Below are positions 28,108-38,733 of a DNA stretch of 64,000 bases, in pieces. Source of the stretch: an uncultured Actinomycetota bacterium. GTDB taxonomy: Bacteria > Actinomycetota > Actinomycetes > Mycobacteriales > Mycobacteriaceae. Under the pieces are notes generated by a model. It was not told the origin of the DNA. It was given only the letters and a program-made list of their open reading frames with translations, and ran no database searches. The stretch is from the NCBI GenBank assembly GCA_963838755.1, contig CAWISO010000027.1, positions 176,613-240,612 of the forward strand, given 5' to 3'. Position numbers and translations under genes: made by a program. The stretch's first letter is position 1. Each line of letters begins with the position of its first letter.

Positions 28108-29532
28108 CTAAGACTCGCGTGGCTGACCGTCGGCCGAGAATTCGCGCAGGCTGGCGGCCAGCGCCACTGGCACCCGCGCCTTGATCCGGGTGCCGTCGCT
28201 GTTGTGCTCGGTCTGCTGAACCCGGCCCTCGGCATGCACACGGGACACCAGATCGCCGCGGTCATAAGGGATGACGACGTCGACGGCGGTGTCGGTCGGG
28301 GTGGCCAGCTCTGCCATCCGCCGGCGCAGCCCGTCGATGCCGTCGCCGGTGCGGGCCGAAACGAACAGCGCCCCGGGCAGCGCGCGGCGCAGCTTGGCCA
28401 GCGCCAAATCACCTGCGGCGTCGACCTTGTTGACCACCAACAGCTCCGGCGCCGGATCGCCGTGGTGGTCGGCGATCACGTCGGAGATCACCTGGCGCAC
28501 CGCGCTGATCTGGGCGAGCGGGTTGACGTCGGCGCCGTCGACGACGTGCACCAGCAGGTCGGCGTCGACGACCTCTTCCAGCGTCGAGCGGAACGCCTCG
28601 ACCAGCTGGGTGGGAAGGTGCCGCACGAACCCGACCGTGTCGCTGATCACGAACCCGCGTCCGTCGTCGAATTGTCCACGGCGAGTGGTGGGTTCGAGGG
28701 TGGCGAATAGGGCGTCCTGCACCAGCACGCCGGCGCCGGTCAGCGCGTTGAGCACGCTGGACTTGCCGGCGTTGGTGTAGCCGACGATCGCGATCGACGG
28801 CAGGTCGCTGTCCAGCCGCCGGCTGCGCTGGGTGTCGCGGACCTGCTTCATCGCCTTGATGTCGCGGCGCAGCTTGGACATCCGTTCACGGATGCGTCGC
28901 CGATCGGTCTCGATCTTGGTCTCACCGGGACCACGCAGACCCACTCCGCCGCCGCTGCCGCCGGCCCGGCCACCAGCCTGCCGCGACATCGACTCACCCC
29001 AACCGCGCAGCCGCGGCAGCATGTACTCCATCTGCGCCAGCGACACTTGGGCTTTGCCTTCCCGGCTGGTGGCGTGTTGGGCGAAGATGTCCAGAATCAG
29101 CGCCGTGCGGTCAATGACTTTCACCCGCACGGCTTTCTCCAGCGCGGTCAGCTGCGCCGGCGACAGCTCGCCGTCGCAAATGACGGTGTCGGCTCCGGTG
29201 GCCAGCACCACCTCACGCAGCTCTTGGGCCTTGCCCGAGCCGATGTAGGTCGAGGCATCGGGCTTGGCGCGGCGCTGGATCATGCCTTCCAGCACCTGGG
29301 AACCGGCCGTCTCGGCCAGGGCGGCCAATTCGGCGAGGCTGGCGTCGGCGTCGGCGGCGCTGCCCTCGGTCCACACCCCGACCAGCACTACTCGCTCGAG
29401 GCGCAGTTGCCGGTATTCGACCTCGGAAATGTCGGCGAGTTCGGTGGATAGCCCGGCGACGCGGCGCAGTGCTGCGCGGTCGTCAAGGGCGAGTTCGCCC
29501 AAACTTGGGTCAGGGGATTCCGGATATGTCAT
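28108..29532 (-). CDS. hflX: GTPase HflX
   Basis: GYTNAGKS, LFATL.PT, DTVGF, NKVD, GPGETKIE. Confidence 0.97.
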   Translation of the reverse strand: MTYPESPDPSLGELALDDRAALRRVAGLSTELADISEVEYRQLRLERVVLVGVWTEGSAADADASLAELAALAETAGSQVLEGMIQRRAKPDASTYIGSGKAQELREVVLATGADTVICDGELSPAQLTALEKAVRVKVIDRTALILDIFAQHATSREGKAQVSLAQMEYMLPRLRGWGESMSRQAGGRAGGSGGGVGLRGPGETKIETDRRRIRERMSKLRRDIKAMKQVRDTQRSRRLDSDLPSIAIVGYTNAGKSSVLNALTGAGVLVQDALFATLEPTTRRGQFDDGRGFVISDTVGFVRHLPTQLVEAFRSTLEEVVDADLLVHVVDGADVNPLAQISAVRQVISDVIADHHGDPAPELLVVNKVDAAGDLALAKLRRALPGALFVSARTGDGIDGLRRRMAELATPTDTAVDVVIPYDRGDLVSRVHAEGRVQQTEHNSDGTRIKARVPVALAASLREFSADGQPRES

Positions 29533-29578
29533 AGCCAACTACACATGGTGCACGCCAAATCGGTGACGTGCACGCGAA

Positions 29579-30439
29579 TTAACGCTGGGCTCGCTGCCAC
29601 CATTCCTCGCTGAGTTCGCCTCGGGCCACCAACACCGACGACCCACGTAGATAGCTGGTGGCCTCGGTGATCGTGACGACGACGTCGCCGCCGGGCACCC
29701 GAACGGTCAATGTGCCGGTGCCGCCCAGCGCAGCGACGGCGGCCGCGACGGTTCCGGTGCCGCAGGAGCGGGTTTCGCCGACACCGCGCTCGTGCACCCG
29801 CATGCTGACCGCGCCGTCGGCCGGCGCAGTGAGCACCTCGACGTTGACCCCGTCGGTAAACTGGGCCTCGTCGAATCTCACCGGCGCCGCGACATCCAGC
29901 GCAGCCAACCCCTCGACCGTTAGCTCTGGGTCGACGCAGGCCAGGTGCGGGTTGCCGACGTCGACCGCCAACCCGTGAAAGGTGCGACCACCGACGACGG
30001 CGCTGCCCTCCCCCATTGTGTTGGCTTTGCCCATGTCGACGCTGACATCGGCATAGGTCGCATCGACGTGATGCAAAACGACGGGTCGCGGACCGGCCAG
30101 TGACCCCACCACGAACTCATCGCGGGTTTCCAGGCCACTGGCACGCAGATAGTGCGCGAACACCCGCGCACCGTTGCCACACATCTGCGCGGTCGACCCG
30201 TCGGCGTTGCGGTAGTCCATGTACCAGTCGTCGGCGCTCACGCCGTCGGGCGCCCGGGCGAGCACACCCGCCGCCAGCGCGGCACCGGCTGTGGTGACCC
30301 GCAGTACCCCGTCGGCGCCCAGGCCGCGGCGCCGATCGCACAGCGCGGACACCCCGGCCGGCGTGAGCGCCAGCGCGGCGTCCAGGTCGGCCAGCAGCAC
30401 GAAGTCGTTCTGGGTGCCATGGCCTTTGGCGAACATCAT
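29579..30439 (-). CDS. dapF: Diaminopimelate epimerase
   Basis: [31 protein letters not shown]. Confidence 0.97.
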   Translation of the reverse strand: MMFAKGHGTQNDFVLLADLDAALALTPAGVSALCDRRRGLGADGVLRVTTAGAALAAGVLARAPDGVSADDWYMDYRNADGSTAQMCGNGARVFAHYLRASGLETRDEFVVGSLAGPRPVVLHHVDATYADVSVDMGKANTMGEGSAVVGGRTFHGLAVDVGNPHLACVDPELTVEGLAALDVAAPVRFDEAQFTDGVNVEVLTAPADGAVSMRVHERGVGETRSCGTGTVAAAVAALGGTGTLTVRVPGGDVVVTITEATSYLRGSSVLVARGELSEEWWQRAQR

Positions 30440-30510
30440 GTGCGCCGCTCTCCCCGCGAGCGGGGGCCCCCGGCGTTCATGCCGGCATCATCGTCGTCGG
30501 CGCGCATCAC
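30436..30510 (-). repeat. MIRU-like element carrying a 23-24 codon mini-ORF between miaA and dapF
   Basis: GTGATGCGCGCCGACGACGATG...CCCGCTCGCGGGGAGAGCGGCGCACATGA; stop overlaps the dapF ATG. Confidence 0.75.
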
Positions 30511-30514
30511 CTGC

Positions 30515-31432
30515 TCAGGATACGTCCGCCCAGGCGCGCAGCGTGGCGTCCGCGTTGTCGGCTGCACCCGCGTCCAGCCAGCGGATCCGGTGGTCGCGAC
30601 GAAACCACGACCGTTGGCGTCGCACGTAGCGGCGGGTGCCCATGAACGTCGGTTCCCGTGCACCGTCGCCGCTGCCTCCCGCGTCGAGGTCGGCGATCAC
30701 CTGCGCGTAGCCCAGCGCCCGAGAGGCGGTGACGCCGTCGCGCAACCCGCGATCGAGCAACGCGCGCACTTCGTCGACTAGACCATCCGCGAACATCGTT
30801 TCGGTGCGCCGGGCCAGTCGCTGATCGAGAAGTTCTGTGTCGCAATCCAATCCGATGATTACCGTGTCCCAGCGCGGTGTGCCGATGGTGGGCGCCGACG
30901 CCCCGAAGGGCTGACCGGTAAGTTCTGCCACCTCCAGCGCGCGCACGATGCGCCGGCCGTCGGTCGGCAGGATCGATGCCGCCGCCGCTGCATCGCGGTC
31001 GGCCAGCTCGGCGTGCAACTGAGAAACTCCGACTTCGGCCAGCCGCGACTCCCATTTCGCCCGCACCGCCGGGTCGGTCGTCGGAAACGACCAGTCGTCG
31101 AGTAGCGATTGGATGTAGAGCATCGACCCGCCCACCAGGATCGGTACCTTTCCCCGGGCGGCGATCGCCTCGACATCGGCAGCTGCGGCGTGCTGGTAGC
31201 GGGCGACGGTCGCGGTCTCGGTCACGTCGAGCACGTCGAGCTGGTGATGCGGGATGCCGCGGCGGTGCGCGACGGGCAGTTTCGCGGTCCCGATGTCCAT
31301 TCCGCGGTAGAACTGCATCGCATCGGCATTGACGATCTCGCCGTCAACCTGTTCGGCAACCTCAAGTGCCAGCTGCGACTTGCCGGTGCCGGTGGGGCCG
31401 ACGATCGCCAGTGGTCTAGGGCTGCCAGACAC
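30515..31432 (-). CDS. miaA: tRNA dimethylallyltransferase
   Basis: [36 protein letters not shown]; start approximate. Confidence 0.96.
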   Translation of the reverse strand: MSGSPRPLAIVGPTGTGKSQLALEVAEQVDGEIVNADAMQFYRGMDIGTAKLPVAHRRGIPHHQLDVLDVTETATVARYQHAAAADVEAIAARGKVPILVGGSMLYIQSLLDDWSFPTTDPAVRAKWESRLAEVGVSQLHAELADRDAAAAASILPTDGRRIVRALEVAELTGQPFGASAPTIGTPRWDTVIIGLDCDTELLDQRLARRTETMFADGLVDEVRALLDRGLRDGVTASRALGYAQVIADLDAGGSGDGAREPTFMGTRRYVRRQRSWFRRDHRIRWLDAGAADNADATLRAWADVS

Positions 31433-32099
31433 CGGCGAAGTACCCAACGCCGTAGGGCGCTGTCCGGTAGAGCTCCTTGGCCGACCGCGGCGTCGGCTCG
31501 GTCAGACCCGCCAGCACTCCGAACGCCACCCGTCCCACGACTTGGCCGGGCAGGCGGGACAGCGCGGCCAGGTCACCGCAGGCCAGTGCATCGTCGAGGA
31601 CCAGCTGAACGTCGGCGTCGGTTGGGTGATAGCCCCCCGGCGCGGCCGGCGTCAGGGTTGTGGCGCCGTCGGCGACCACCAGCACGCCCGTCGGCTCGGC
31701 GACCGCGTCGATCTCGCTGCGCAGCTGCCTGCCGATGGCCAGCGCCGTCTTGACGTCATGGTCGCCGGAGTAGACCCGGACCTCGGCGTGCGCGGTTGGC
31801 TGCGCCTGATCGCGCAGCCAGCCGGCGAACAGCGCGCACAGCGGCAACGCCGTCGGCCGGGTGTCAGCCCGTGCGGATAGCCGCACCACCAGGTCGACGC
31901 CGTAACCGGCGAAGGTGCCGACGCTGTCCGGGCCGTGGACGGCATCACTAGCCCCCACCCCGACCACAACCCAGCGTGGCGGCAGGGCGGCGGCTGCGGC
32001 GATCACCGCGGCGCGCAGTTCGGCCACCTCGGCGGCGGCGCCGGCCAGTTCGGGCACAAGCACCGGCGCGGAGGGAACTATCGCAATGGCGCCCAGCAC
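31416..32099 (-). CDS. Conserved Ala-rich protein (Rv2728c orthologue, LigB-like fold)
   Basis: [22 protein letters not shown]...[13 protein letters not shown]; synteny. Confidence 0.85.
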   Translation of the reverse strand: MLGAIAIVPSAPVLVPELAGAAAEVAELRAAVIAAAAALPPRWVVVGVGASDAVHGPDSVGTFAGYGVDLVVRLSARADTRPTALPLCALFAGWLRDQAQPTAHAEVRVYSGDHDVKTALAIGRQLRSEIDAVAEPTGVLVVADGATTLTPAAPGGYHPTDADVQLVLDDALACGDLAALSRLPGQVVGRVAFGVLAGLTEPTPRSAKELYRTAPYGVGYFAGVWQP

Positions 32100-32109
32100 G
32101 GGAAATAAA

Positions 32110-33024
32110 TTAGCGTTCCGACGGCGCCAGGGGTGCGGCGGTGGCCTTCGACCGCCGTTTACCGACCGCCTCCATCGTCGCGGCCTCGCCGCGCGCCAGC
32201 GCCACCGTCGACACGATCATCACGATCACCGCCACCACCAGGGCAACGATCTGCACCCCGTCGATATGCAGGGTCTCAGACAGCACCGTGATGCCCAAGA
32301 TCCAACCCACCACCGGTTTTGCCAACGTCATCGTCGGCAACGAGGCGGTCAGTGCTCCGGCGCGAAAAGACGCCTGCTGGAACACCATTCCGGCCAGCGC
32401 CACGCCGAGCCAGGCATACAGTTCGGGCGCGCGCAACAGCGCCAACACGCCGCCCTCACCCGCCTCGACGACCCCTTTGGTCAGCACCGCGAACAGCGCC
32501 AAGGACGAACCCGCGACCAGCGCCAGCAGCACCGCGGCGACGCCACCCGACCAGATTCGGGCGCCCACCACGCACAACACCAATGCCGGGCCCATCACCA
32601 TGATCACCACCGCCCAGGTTTCCCACGGGGCGCGCTGCTGGTCCGCGGTCGGATTGCCGACCGCGACGATCACCGCCACCGCGGCAGCCAGCGACGCTGC
32701 CCAGCACCATTCCCACGCGGTGACGCGGTGATGGGTGATCCGGGCGTTGATCGGCAGCGCGAACAGCAGCACCGTGACCTGCAGTGCAGTCACCAACATC
32801 ACCGAGCCGATGCTCAGGGCTGCGGCCTGCAGCGCGTAATTGGCCACGGCAGCCACGCCGCCCATCCACCACCGCAGGTCGCGCAACGACAACAGGAACA
32901 ACTCCCACGCGCCGACGGGTTCATCGACGATTTCATGCGCCGAACGCTGGCGGACGACGGAGCCCAGCGCCGACGCCAGTGCGGCGGCCAGAGCCAGGAC
33001 TACGGCGATGTCTGCCCTCGCCAT
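32110..33024 (-). CDS. DMT family transporter (Rv2729c-like), copy 1
   Basis: VRQRSA, LQAAAL..GSV.LV..LQV..LLFALP, QQ.SFRAG.LTASLP; GAGGAGG RBS. Confidence 0.88.
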   Translation of the reverse strand: MARADIAVVLALAAALASALGSVVRQRSAHEIVDEPVGAWELFLLSLRDLRWWMGGVAAVANYALQAAALSIGSVMLVTALQVTVLLFALPINARITHHRVTAWEWCWAASLAAAVAVIVAVGNPTADQQRAPWETWAVVIMVMGPALVLCVVGARIWSGGVAAVLLALVAGSSLALFAVLTKGVVEAGEGGVLALLRAPELYAWLGVALAGMVFQQASFRAGALTASLPTMTLAKPVVGWILGITVLSETLHIDGVQIVALVVAVIVMIVSTVALARGEAATMEAVGKRRSKATAAPLAPSER

Positions 33025-33054
33025 GGGCGGCCTCCTCCCTGTTTCACCGACACG

Positions 33055-33957
33055 CTACTGAGTGCGGACCGTGGCTATCACGTCGCGACCGGTGCCCGCG
33101 GCCAGCGTGGCGGCCTCGCCGCGGGCCAATGCAATAGTCGAAACGATCACCACGACCGCGGCGACGATCAGCGCAACCACTTCCGGGCCGTCGGCGCGCA
33201 AGGTCTCGCCGAGCACCAAAACCCCGAGCACCGACGCCACCACCGGCTTGGCCACGGTCACCGTCGGCAGCGAAGCGGTCAGCGCACCGGCGCGAAACGA
33301 CGACTGTTGGAAGATCATCCCAGCCAGCGCGGCCGGTATCAGGCCGTAGAGTTCGGGCGCCCGCAGCAGCGCCCCGAAGCCACCGGAAACCGCCCCGACG
33401 GCGCCCTTGGTCAACACCGCGAACAGCGCCAGCGACGAGCCCGCCACCACGGCGAGCAGTACCGGCGCGGCCGGGCCGCCCGACCAAATACGCGCGCCGA
33501 GTACGCACAACGCCAACAGCGGACCCATCACCAGGGCCACCGCCATCCAGGTCCCCGGCAGACCCCGTGAGTAGCCGGCACTCGGGTCGCCGACGCTGAC
33601 CAGGACCGCCAATGCGGCGGCCAGCAGTACCGCCCACATCCACTCCGACCGGCTCACCCGGTGACCAACCAGCCGTGCGTAGATCGGCAACGCGAACAGC
33701 AGCGAGGTCACCTGCAGCGCCGTCACCAGCATCACCGAGCCCAGCGCCAGCGCGGCGGCCTGCAGGCTGTAGTTGGCCACGGCGCCGGCCCCGCCCAGCC
33801 ACCACCGGGCGTCGCGCAGCGACAGCCGGAAAAGCTCGAGGTGGCCGACCTGCTTGTCGGTGACCTCTTGGGCCGACCGCTGACGGACCACGTCGCCGAT
33901 CGCGGACGCCAGTGCGGCGCATAACGCGATCAATACCGCGTAATCCGCTTTCGACAT
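33055..33957 (-). CDS. DMT family transporter (Rv2729c-like), copy 2
   Basis: Collinear paralogue of copy 1. Confidence 0.88.
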   Translation of the reverse strand: MSKADYAVLIALCAALASAIGDVVRQRSAQEVTDKQVGHLELFRLSLRDARWWLGGAGAVANYSLQAAALALGSVMLVTALQVTSLLFALPIYARLVGHRVSRSEWMWAVLLAAALAVLVSVGDPSAGYSRGLPGTWMAVALVMGPLLALCVLGARIWSGGPAAPVLLAVVAGSSLALFAVLTKGAVGAVSGGFGALLRAPELYGLIPAALAGMIFQQSSFRAGALTASLPTVTVAKPVVASVLGVLVLGETLRADGPEVVALIVAAVVVIVSTIALARGEAATLAAGTGRDVIATVRTQ

Positions 33958-34034
33958 GCACTATCCCCTCGCCGACTGGCCGGCAACGCAAGACGGCCTA
34001 CACCGATTGTTAACCGTCAGTTTTCCTGAAAAGC

Positions 34035-34970
34035 CTACGGGGCGCTGGGAACGCCTTCCAGCAGCAAAGTCTCGGTGTCGCGATCGACGGATGCCGTCGC
34101 GCTGTCATTGTCCGCGGCCATCGTGGCCGCTTCGCCCCGCGCCAGGGCCGCCGTCGCGACAACCACCGCGACCACCGCGGCCACCAGCACAAGGATCTGC
34201 GGACCGCGCGTGTTCAGCGTCTCGGCGAGCACGGTGATCCCCAGCACCGAAGCCACCACTGGCTCGGTGACCGTCATCGCCGGCAGCGAGGCGGTCAGGG
34301 TGCTGGCCCGAAACGCCGACTGCTGAAACACCGTCCCGACCAGTGCCGCCACCATCCACGCATACAGTTCGGGCGCACGCAGCAACGCACCCGGGCCGTC
34401 CCCGAGCACCTCCACGACACCTTTGGTCAGCACCGCGAACAAGGCCCACGACGACGCCGAGACCACCGCCAGCAGCACCGCGGCGACTGCCCCCGACCAG
34501 ATTCGCGCCCCCAGCACACAGAGCACCAATGCCGGGCCCAGCACCGCGGCCACGACGATCCAGCTCTTCACCGAGCCGCGTTGGTCGCCGGCCGCCGGGT
34601 CGCCGACGGCGATGAACACCGCCACCGCAGCGGCCAGCAATAGCGCCCATACCCACTCCCGACGCTGCACCGGGTGGCGCGTCAGGCGCGCATTGGTTGG
34701 CAGCGCGAACAGCAAGGCCGTCACCTGCAGCGCTTGCACCAGCACCACCGACCCCAGCACCAGCGCGATGGCCTGCAGGCCAAAGCTGGCCGCCGCGGCC
34801 AGGCCACCCCACCACCAGCGGATGTCACGTAATGACAGGCGGAACAACTCGAAATGCCCGACCGGTTCGGTGGTGATCTCTTGCGCAGACCGCTGACGGA
34901 TCACGTCCCCAACCCCGGATATCAATGCCGCGACCAAGGCGAGTAACGCCGCGATATCGACCTTCGCTAT
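34035..34970 (-). CDS. DMT family transporter (Rv2729c-like), copy 3; aligned start codon is ATA
   Basis: Collinear paralogue; ATA-GCG-AAG-GTC-GAT-ATC aligns to MARADI/MSKADY; GAGGGGG upstream. Confidence 0.8.
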   Translation of the reverse strand: MAKVDIAALLALVAALISGVGDVIRQRSAQEITTEPVGHFELFRLSLRDIRWWWGGLAAAASFGLQAIALVLGSVVLVQALQVTALLFALPTNARLTRHPVQRREWVWALLLAAAVAVFIAVGDPAAGDQRGSVKSWIVVAAVLGPALVLCVLGARIWSGAVAAVLLAVVSASSWALFAVLTKGVVEVLGDGPGALLRAPELYAWMVAALVGTVFQQSAFRASTLTASLPAMTVTEPVVASVLGITVLAETLNTRGPQILVLVAAVVAVVVATAALARGEAATMAADNDSATASVDRDTETLLLEGVPSAP

Positions 34971-35263
34971 GGGTAGACCCCCTCGTCTGCTTGTCCAGGA
35001 CTGGCCCCGACCGCGGACTTCGACACGTGCGAATCACAGATTGTTTCATGAACTAGTGGTAATTCAGGTAACGCCACGGCCTCAATTGACGGCTGAGAAA
35101 CCTGCGCTCTTGCCAACTCCGACGTCAACTCGGAACGCGCTGGCGAACAAGCTGCTTCAATACTGGGGAAGCCCTGGCGGGAATACGTGTCTTCTCCCGA
35201 AAGAGCAGTTGATGGCGCCGCGATGCGCGGCAGATGCGCGGTCGACAACCGCGTGAAGGGTAG

Positions 35264-36610
35264 GTGACGGCACCGATGACGTCTGACGAGCCTCACACCG
35301 TAGCCCGGCCTACGCCCGGCCCGACTCCAAGGCCGGGACCGCGTCCCCGGCCCCGACCGACACCCCATCCCCACCCGCACCCGGTCGCCCCGCCGCTGGC
35401 CAACGATCCACACCGGTTCGGGCGCGTCGACGCCGACGGAACGGTATGGCTGATCAGCGCGGCCGGTGAGCGCGTCATCGGCTCGTGGCAGGCCGGCGAT
35501 ACCGAAGCCGCATTTGCCCATTTCGGCCGGCGGTTCGACGATTTGAGCACCGAAGTCGCCCTGATGGAAGAGCGACTGGCATCGGGCACCGGTGATGCGC
35601 GCAAGATCAAGGCCACAGCGGCAGGGCTGGCGGGGACGTTGCCGAGCGCGAATGTGCTCGGGGATGTCGACGCTCTTGCCGCGCGGCTCGCCAGCATCAG
35701 TGAGCGGGCCGAAGCGGTCGCCGCCGCCGATCGTTCCCGACGCGACGAGCATCGCGCGGCCCAAACCGCCCGCAAGGAGGCGCTGGCGGCCGAAGCCGAG
35801 GAGCTGGCCAACACCGCGACGCAATGGAAACTCGCCGGCGACCGGCTGCGCGCCATTCTCGACGAATGGAAAACAATCAGCGGTTTGGACCGCAAGACCG
35901 ACGACGCATTGTGGAAGCGCTATTCGGCGGCCCGGGAAACCTTCAACCGACGACGTGGATCGCACTTCGCGGAACTGGACCGCGAGCGCGCGGGTGCCCG
36001 TGAGGTAAAAGAACGGCTCTGCGAGAAGGCCGAAGAATTGGTTGATTCCACCGACTGGGGTGCAACCGCTGCCGAGTTTCGCAAGCTGCTGGCCGAATGG
36101 AAAGCCGCCGGGCGCGCAGCCCGCGACATCGACGAAACGCTGTGGCGCCGGTTCAAAGCCGCCCAGGACGTTTTCTTCAAAGCGCGTAATGCCGCGACCG
36201 CGCAACGAGACGCAGAGTTGCAGGCCAACGCCACCGCCAAAGAGGCGCTGCTGGCCGAAGCGGAGAAGCTCGACACCAGCAGCCCCGAGGCCGCTAGGTC
36301 GGCGCTGCGGTCGATCGCCGAAAGGTGGGACTCGATCGGCAAGGTGCCCCGCGAACGGTCAGCCGAACTGGAGCGGCGGCTGCGGGCGGTCGAGAAGAGG
36401 GTGCGCGACGCCGACGCATCGGACTGGTCCGACCCGCAAGCGCAGGCCCGCGCCGAACAGTTCCGGGCCCGCGCCGAGCAGTTTGAGCAGCAGGCTCAGA
36501 AGGCAACGGCGGCGGGGCGCACCAAGGAGGCCGAGGAGGCGAGAGCCAACGCCGAGCAATGGCGGCAATGGGCAGACGCCGCGGCGGATGCGTTGAGCCG
36601 CAAGACCTAA
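35264..36610 (+). CDS. DUF349-domain protein (Rv2731 orthologue)
   Basis: Pro-rich N-terminus, FGRVD.DGTV, repeated KE.L..EAE.L...W..W...LW.RF units. Confidence 0.9.
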   Translation: MTAPMTSDEPHTVARPTPGPTPRPGPRPRPRPTPHPHPHPVAPPLANDPHRFGRVDADGTVWLISAAGERVIGSWQAGDTEAAFAHFGRRFDDLSTEVALMEERLASGTGDARKIKATAAGLAGTLPSANVLGDVDALAARLASISERAEAVAAADRSRRDEHRAAQTARKEALAAEAEELANTATQWKLAGDRLRAILDEWKTISGLDRKTDDALWKRYSAARETFNRRRGSHFAELDRERAGAREVKERLCEKAEELVDSTDWGATAAEFRKLLAEWKAAGRAARDIDETLWRRFKAAQDVFFKARNAATAQRDAELQANATAKEALLAEAEKLDTSSPEAARSALRSIAERWDSIGKVPRERSAELERRLRAVEKRVRDADASDWSDPQAQARAEQFRARAEQFEQQAQKATAAGRTKEAEEARANAEQWRQWADAAADALSRKT

Positions 36611-37200
36611 TCCTGGTCTGGAGGCGTCTCGTCGTCGAGGGTTTCCAGCAGCGTGCGGGACTGCCGCTGCGCGGCGGCCCGGCGGCGTTGCTCCTCGGCG
36701 GCGAGTTGCACGATGGTGCGCGACCACACCACTCGGGCCCAGTGAAACGTCAACACGATGACGGTGATCCAGGCCAGCACCAACCCCACACCGGGGCCCG
36801 GATGTCCCGCGGCCACGGTCTGTCGCGACCAGATGGCCAACAACCCGGCGACGCTGGCCACTGCCGAGCCCGCCAAAGCCACCCACGCCAGCGCCCAGCG
36901 TCGGGTCAACAACGCCAGCATCGAGAAGCCGACGCCGAAAACCAATGCTAGCCAGGCGAACACCCGTGATGGCAGCGCCACCGCGGCCGCCGCGGAACCA
37001 TGACTGGAAAACAGCACATCCCATCCGCGGACGTGCCCGGTGTGCGGCAACATAAACGATGCAAGCAGCACGAACACCAGGATGGCAACGACCAAAGCCC
37101 TTGTGCCCGGCTCGATTTCGCGGGCAATGCGCCGTTCAGCCGCGTCGATATCCGCGCGGAAAGCATCGAACTCGCCCTGACTCTGTTCGCTGTCGCTCAT
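36607..37200 (-). CDS. Membrane protein (Rv2732c orthologue)
   Basis: [25 protein letters not shown]; ATGA-coupled to miaB. Confidence 0.88.
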   Translation of the reverse strand: MSDSEQSQGEFDAFRADIDAAERRIAREIEPGTRALVVAILVFVLLASFMLPHTGHVRGWDVLFSSHGSAAAAVALPSRVFAWLALVFGVGFSMLALLTRRWALAWVALAGSAVASVAGLLAIWSRQTVAAGHPGPGVGLVLAWITVIVLTFHWARVVWSRTIVQLAAEEQRRRAAAQRQSRTLLETLDDETPPDQD

Positions 37201-38702
37201 CGCGCGCACCCCAGTGGCGCCGCCGTCGCGGTCGGTTGCCCGATACCCGGCATGCCGAGGTTCAATCGCCCGGCTCCGTAGGCATCGCCGGCGCGGGTGC
37301 TGCGCAGGGTGATGAGCGCACCGTCGGCGATCAGGTGATGCGGTGCGGCGTCGGTGACTATCGTCGTCACGATGTCGCCGGGGCGCACCTGCTGTCCGCC
37401 CGGGGCGAAATGCACAAGGCGGCCATCGCGGGCGCGTCCACTCATCCGCGCGGTGCGGTTGTCCTTGCGGCCTTCTCCGGTGGCCACCAGTAACTCAACG
37501 GTGCGTCCTACCTGGTTGCGGTTCTCCTCCAGCGAGATGTGCTCCTGCAGCGCCACCAGTCGCTCATAACGTTCCTGCACGACGGCCTTCGGCAGCTGAC
37601 CTTCGAGTTCGGCCGCGGGGGTGCCGGGGCGCTTGGAGTACTGGAAGGTAAACGCGCCAGAAAACCGGGCCTGACGCACGATGTCCAGCGTGGCGGCGAA
37701 ATCCTCTTCAGTTTCACCGGGGAAGCCGACGATCAGGTCGGTGGTGATCGCGGCGTGCGGCATGGCCGCCCTGACCTTGTCGATGATGCCGAGAAAACGC
37801 TCGGCGCGGTAGGACCGCCGCATCGCTCGCAACACCCGGTTCGAGCCGGACTGCAGCGGCATATGCAAGGCGGGGCAAACATTGGGCGTCTGCGCCATCG
37901 CCTCGATGACGTCGTCGGTGAACTCGGCCGGATGCGGCGAGGTGAACCGCACCCGCTCGAGCCCGTCGACGCGTCCGCATTCGGTCAGCAGCTCAGCGAA
38001 GGCGCCCCGGTTGCGCGGCAACCGCGCGTCGGCGAAGGACACCCCGTATGCGTTGACATTCTGGCCCAGCAGGGTGATTTCCAACACGCCGGCGGCTACC
38101 AGCGACCGCACCTCGGCCAGGATGTCGTTCGGGCTGCGGTCAACCTCTTTGCCCCGCAACGACGGCACGATGCAGAAGGTGCAGCTGTTATTGCACCCGA
38201 CCGAGATGGAAACCCAAGCGGCGTAAGCGGATTCACGGGCGGCGGGCAGTGCCGACGGAAATTCCTGCAATGCCTCGACGATCTCCACCTGAGCAACCCG
38301 GTTGTGGCGGGCCCGGTCAAGCAGAGCAGGCAGCGACCCGATGTTGTGGGTGCCGAAAACGACGTCGACCCACGGCGCCTTGGCCAGCACCGCGTCTTTA
38401 TCCTTCTGGGCCAGGCAGCCGCCCACCGCGATCTGCATATCGGGGTTGCTGCGCCGACGCGGGGCCAGGTGGCTGAGGTTGCCGTAGAGCTTGTTGTCGG
38501 CGTTCTCCCGGACCGCGCAGGTGTTGAAGACCACCACGTCCGCGTCGGAACCGTCGGGCGCCGGTCGGTAGCCCGCGGCTTCGAGCAGGCCCGCCAGCCG
38601 CTCCGAATCGTGGACGTTCATCTGACACCCGTAGGTGCGTACCTCATAGGTGCGGCGCGGCGCCACCCCGGGCACTGCGGCTGATGCCACCGTTGAAGTC
38701 AC
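37197..38702 (-). CDS. miaB: tRNA-2-methylthio-N6-dimethylallyladenosine synthase
   Basis: [30 protein letters not shown] radical-SAM motif, TRAM domain; TACCAT -10 before GTG. Confidence 0.97.
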   Translation of the reverse strand: MTSTVASAAVPGVAPRRTYEVRTYGCQMNVHDSERLAGLLEAAGYRPAPDGSDADVVVFNTCAVRENADNKLYGNLSHLAPRRRSNPDMQIAVGGCLAQKDKDAVLAKAPWVDVVFGTHNIGSLPALLDRARHNRVAQVEIVEALQEFPSALPAARESAYAAWVSISVGCNNSCTFCIVPSLRGKEVDRSPNDILAEVRSLVAAGVLEITLLGQNVNAYGVSFADARLPRNRGAFAELLTECGRVDGLERVRFTSPHPAEFTDDVIEAMAQTPNVCPALHMPLQSGSNRVLRAMRRSYRAERFLGIIDKVRAAMPHAAITTDLIVGFPGETEEDFAATLDIVRQARFSGAFTFQYSKRPGTPAAELEGQLPKAVVQERYERLVALQEHISLEENRNQVGRTVELLVATGEGRKDNRTARMSGRARDGRLVHFAPGGQQVRPGDIVTTIVTDAAPHHLIADGALITLRSTRAGDAYGAGRLNLGMPGIGQPTATAAPLGCAR

Positions 38703-38733
38703 GGGGCCATGGTACGGCGGCACGGCCCACCCG

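Noticed and set aside
31915-33570. 551-aa plus-strand ORF
   Set aside because: Antisense shadow of the DMT paralogues; low-complexity R/H/Q translation typical of high-GC reverse frames.
35300-35385. Pro-rich repeat at the DUF349 protein N-terminus
   Set aside because: Ordinary low-complexity linker, not a separate element.
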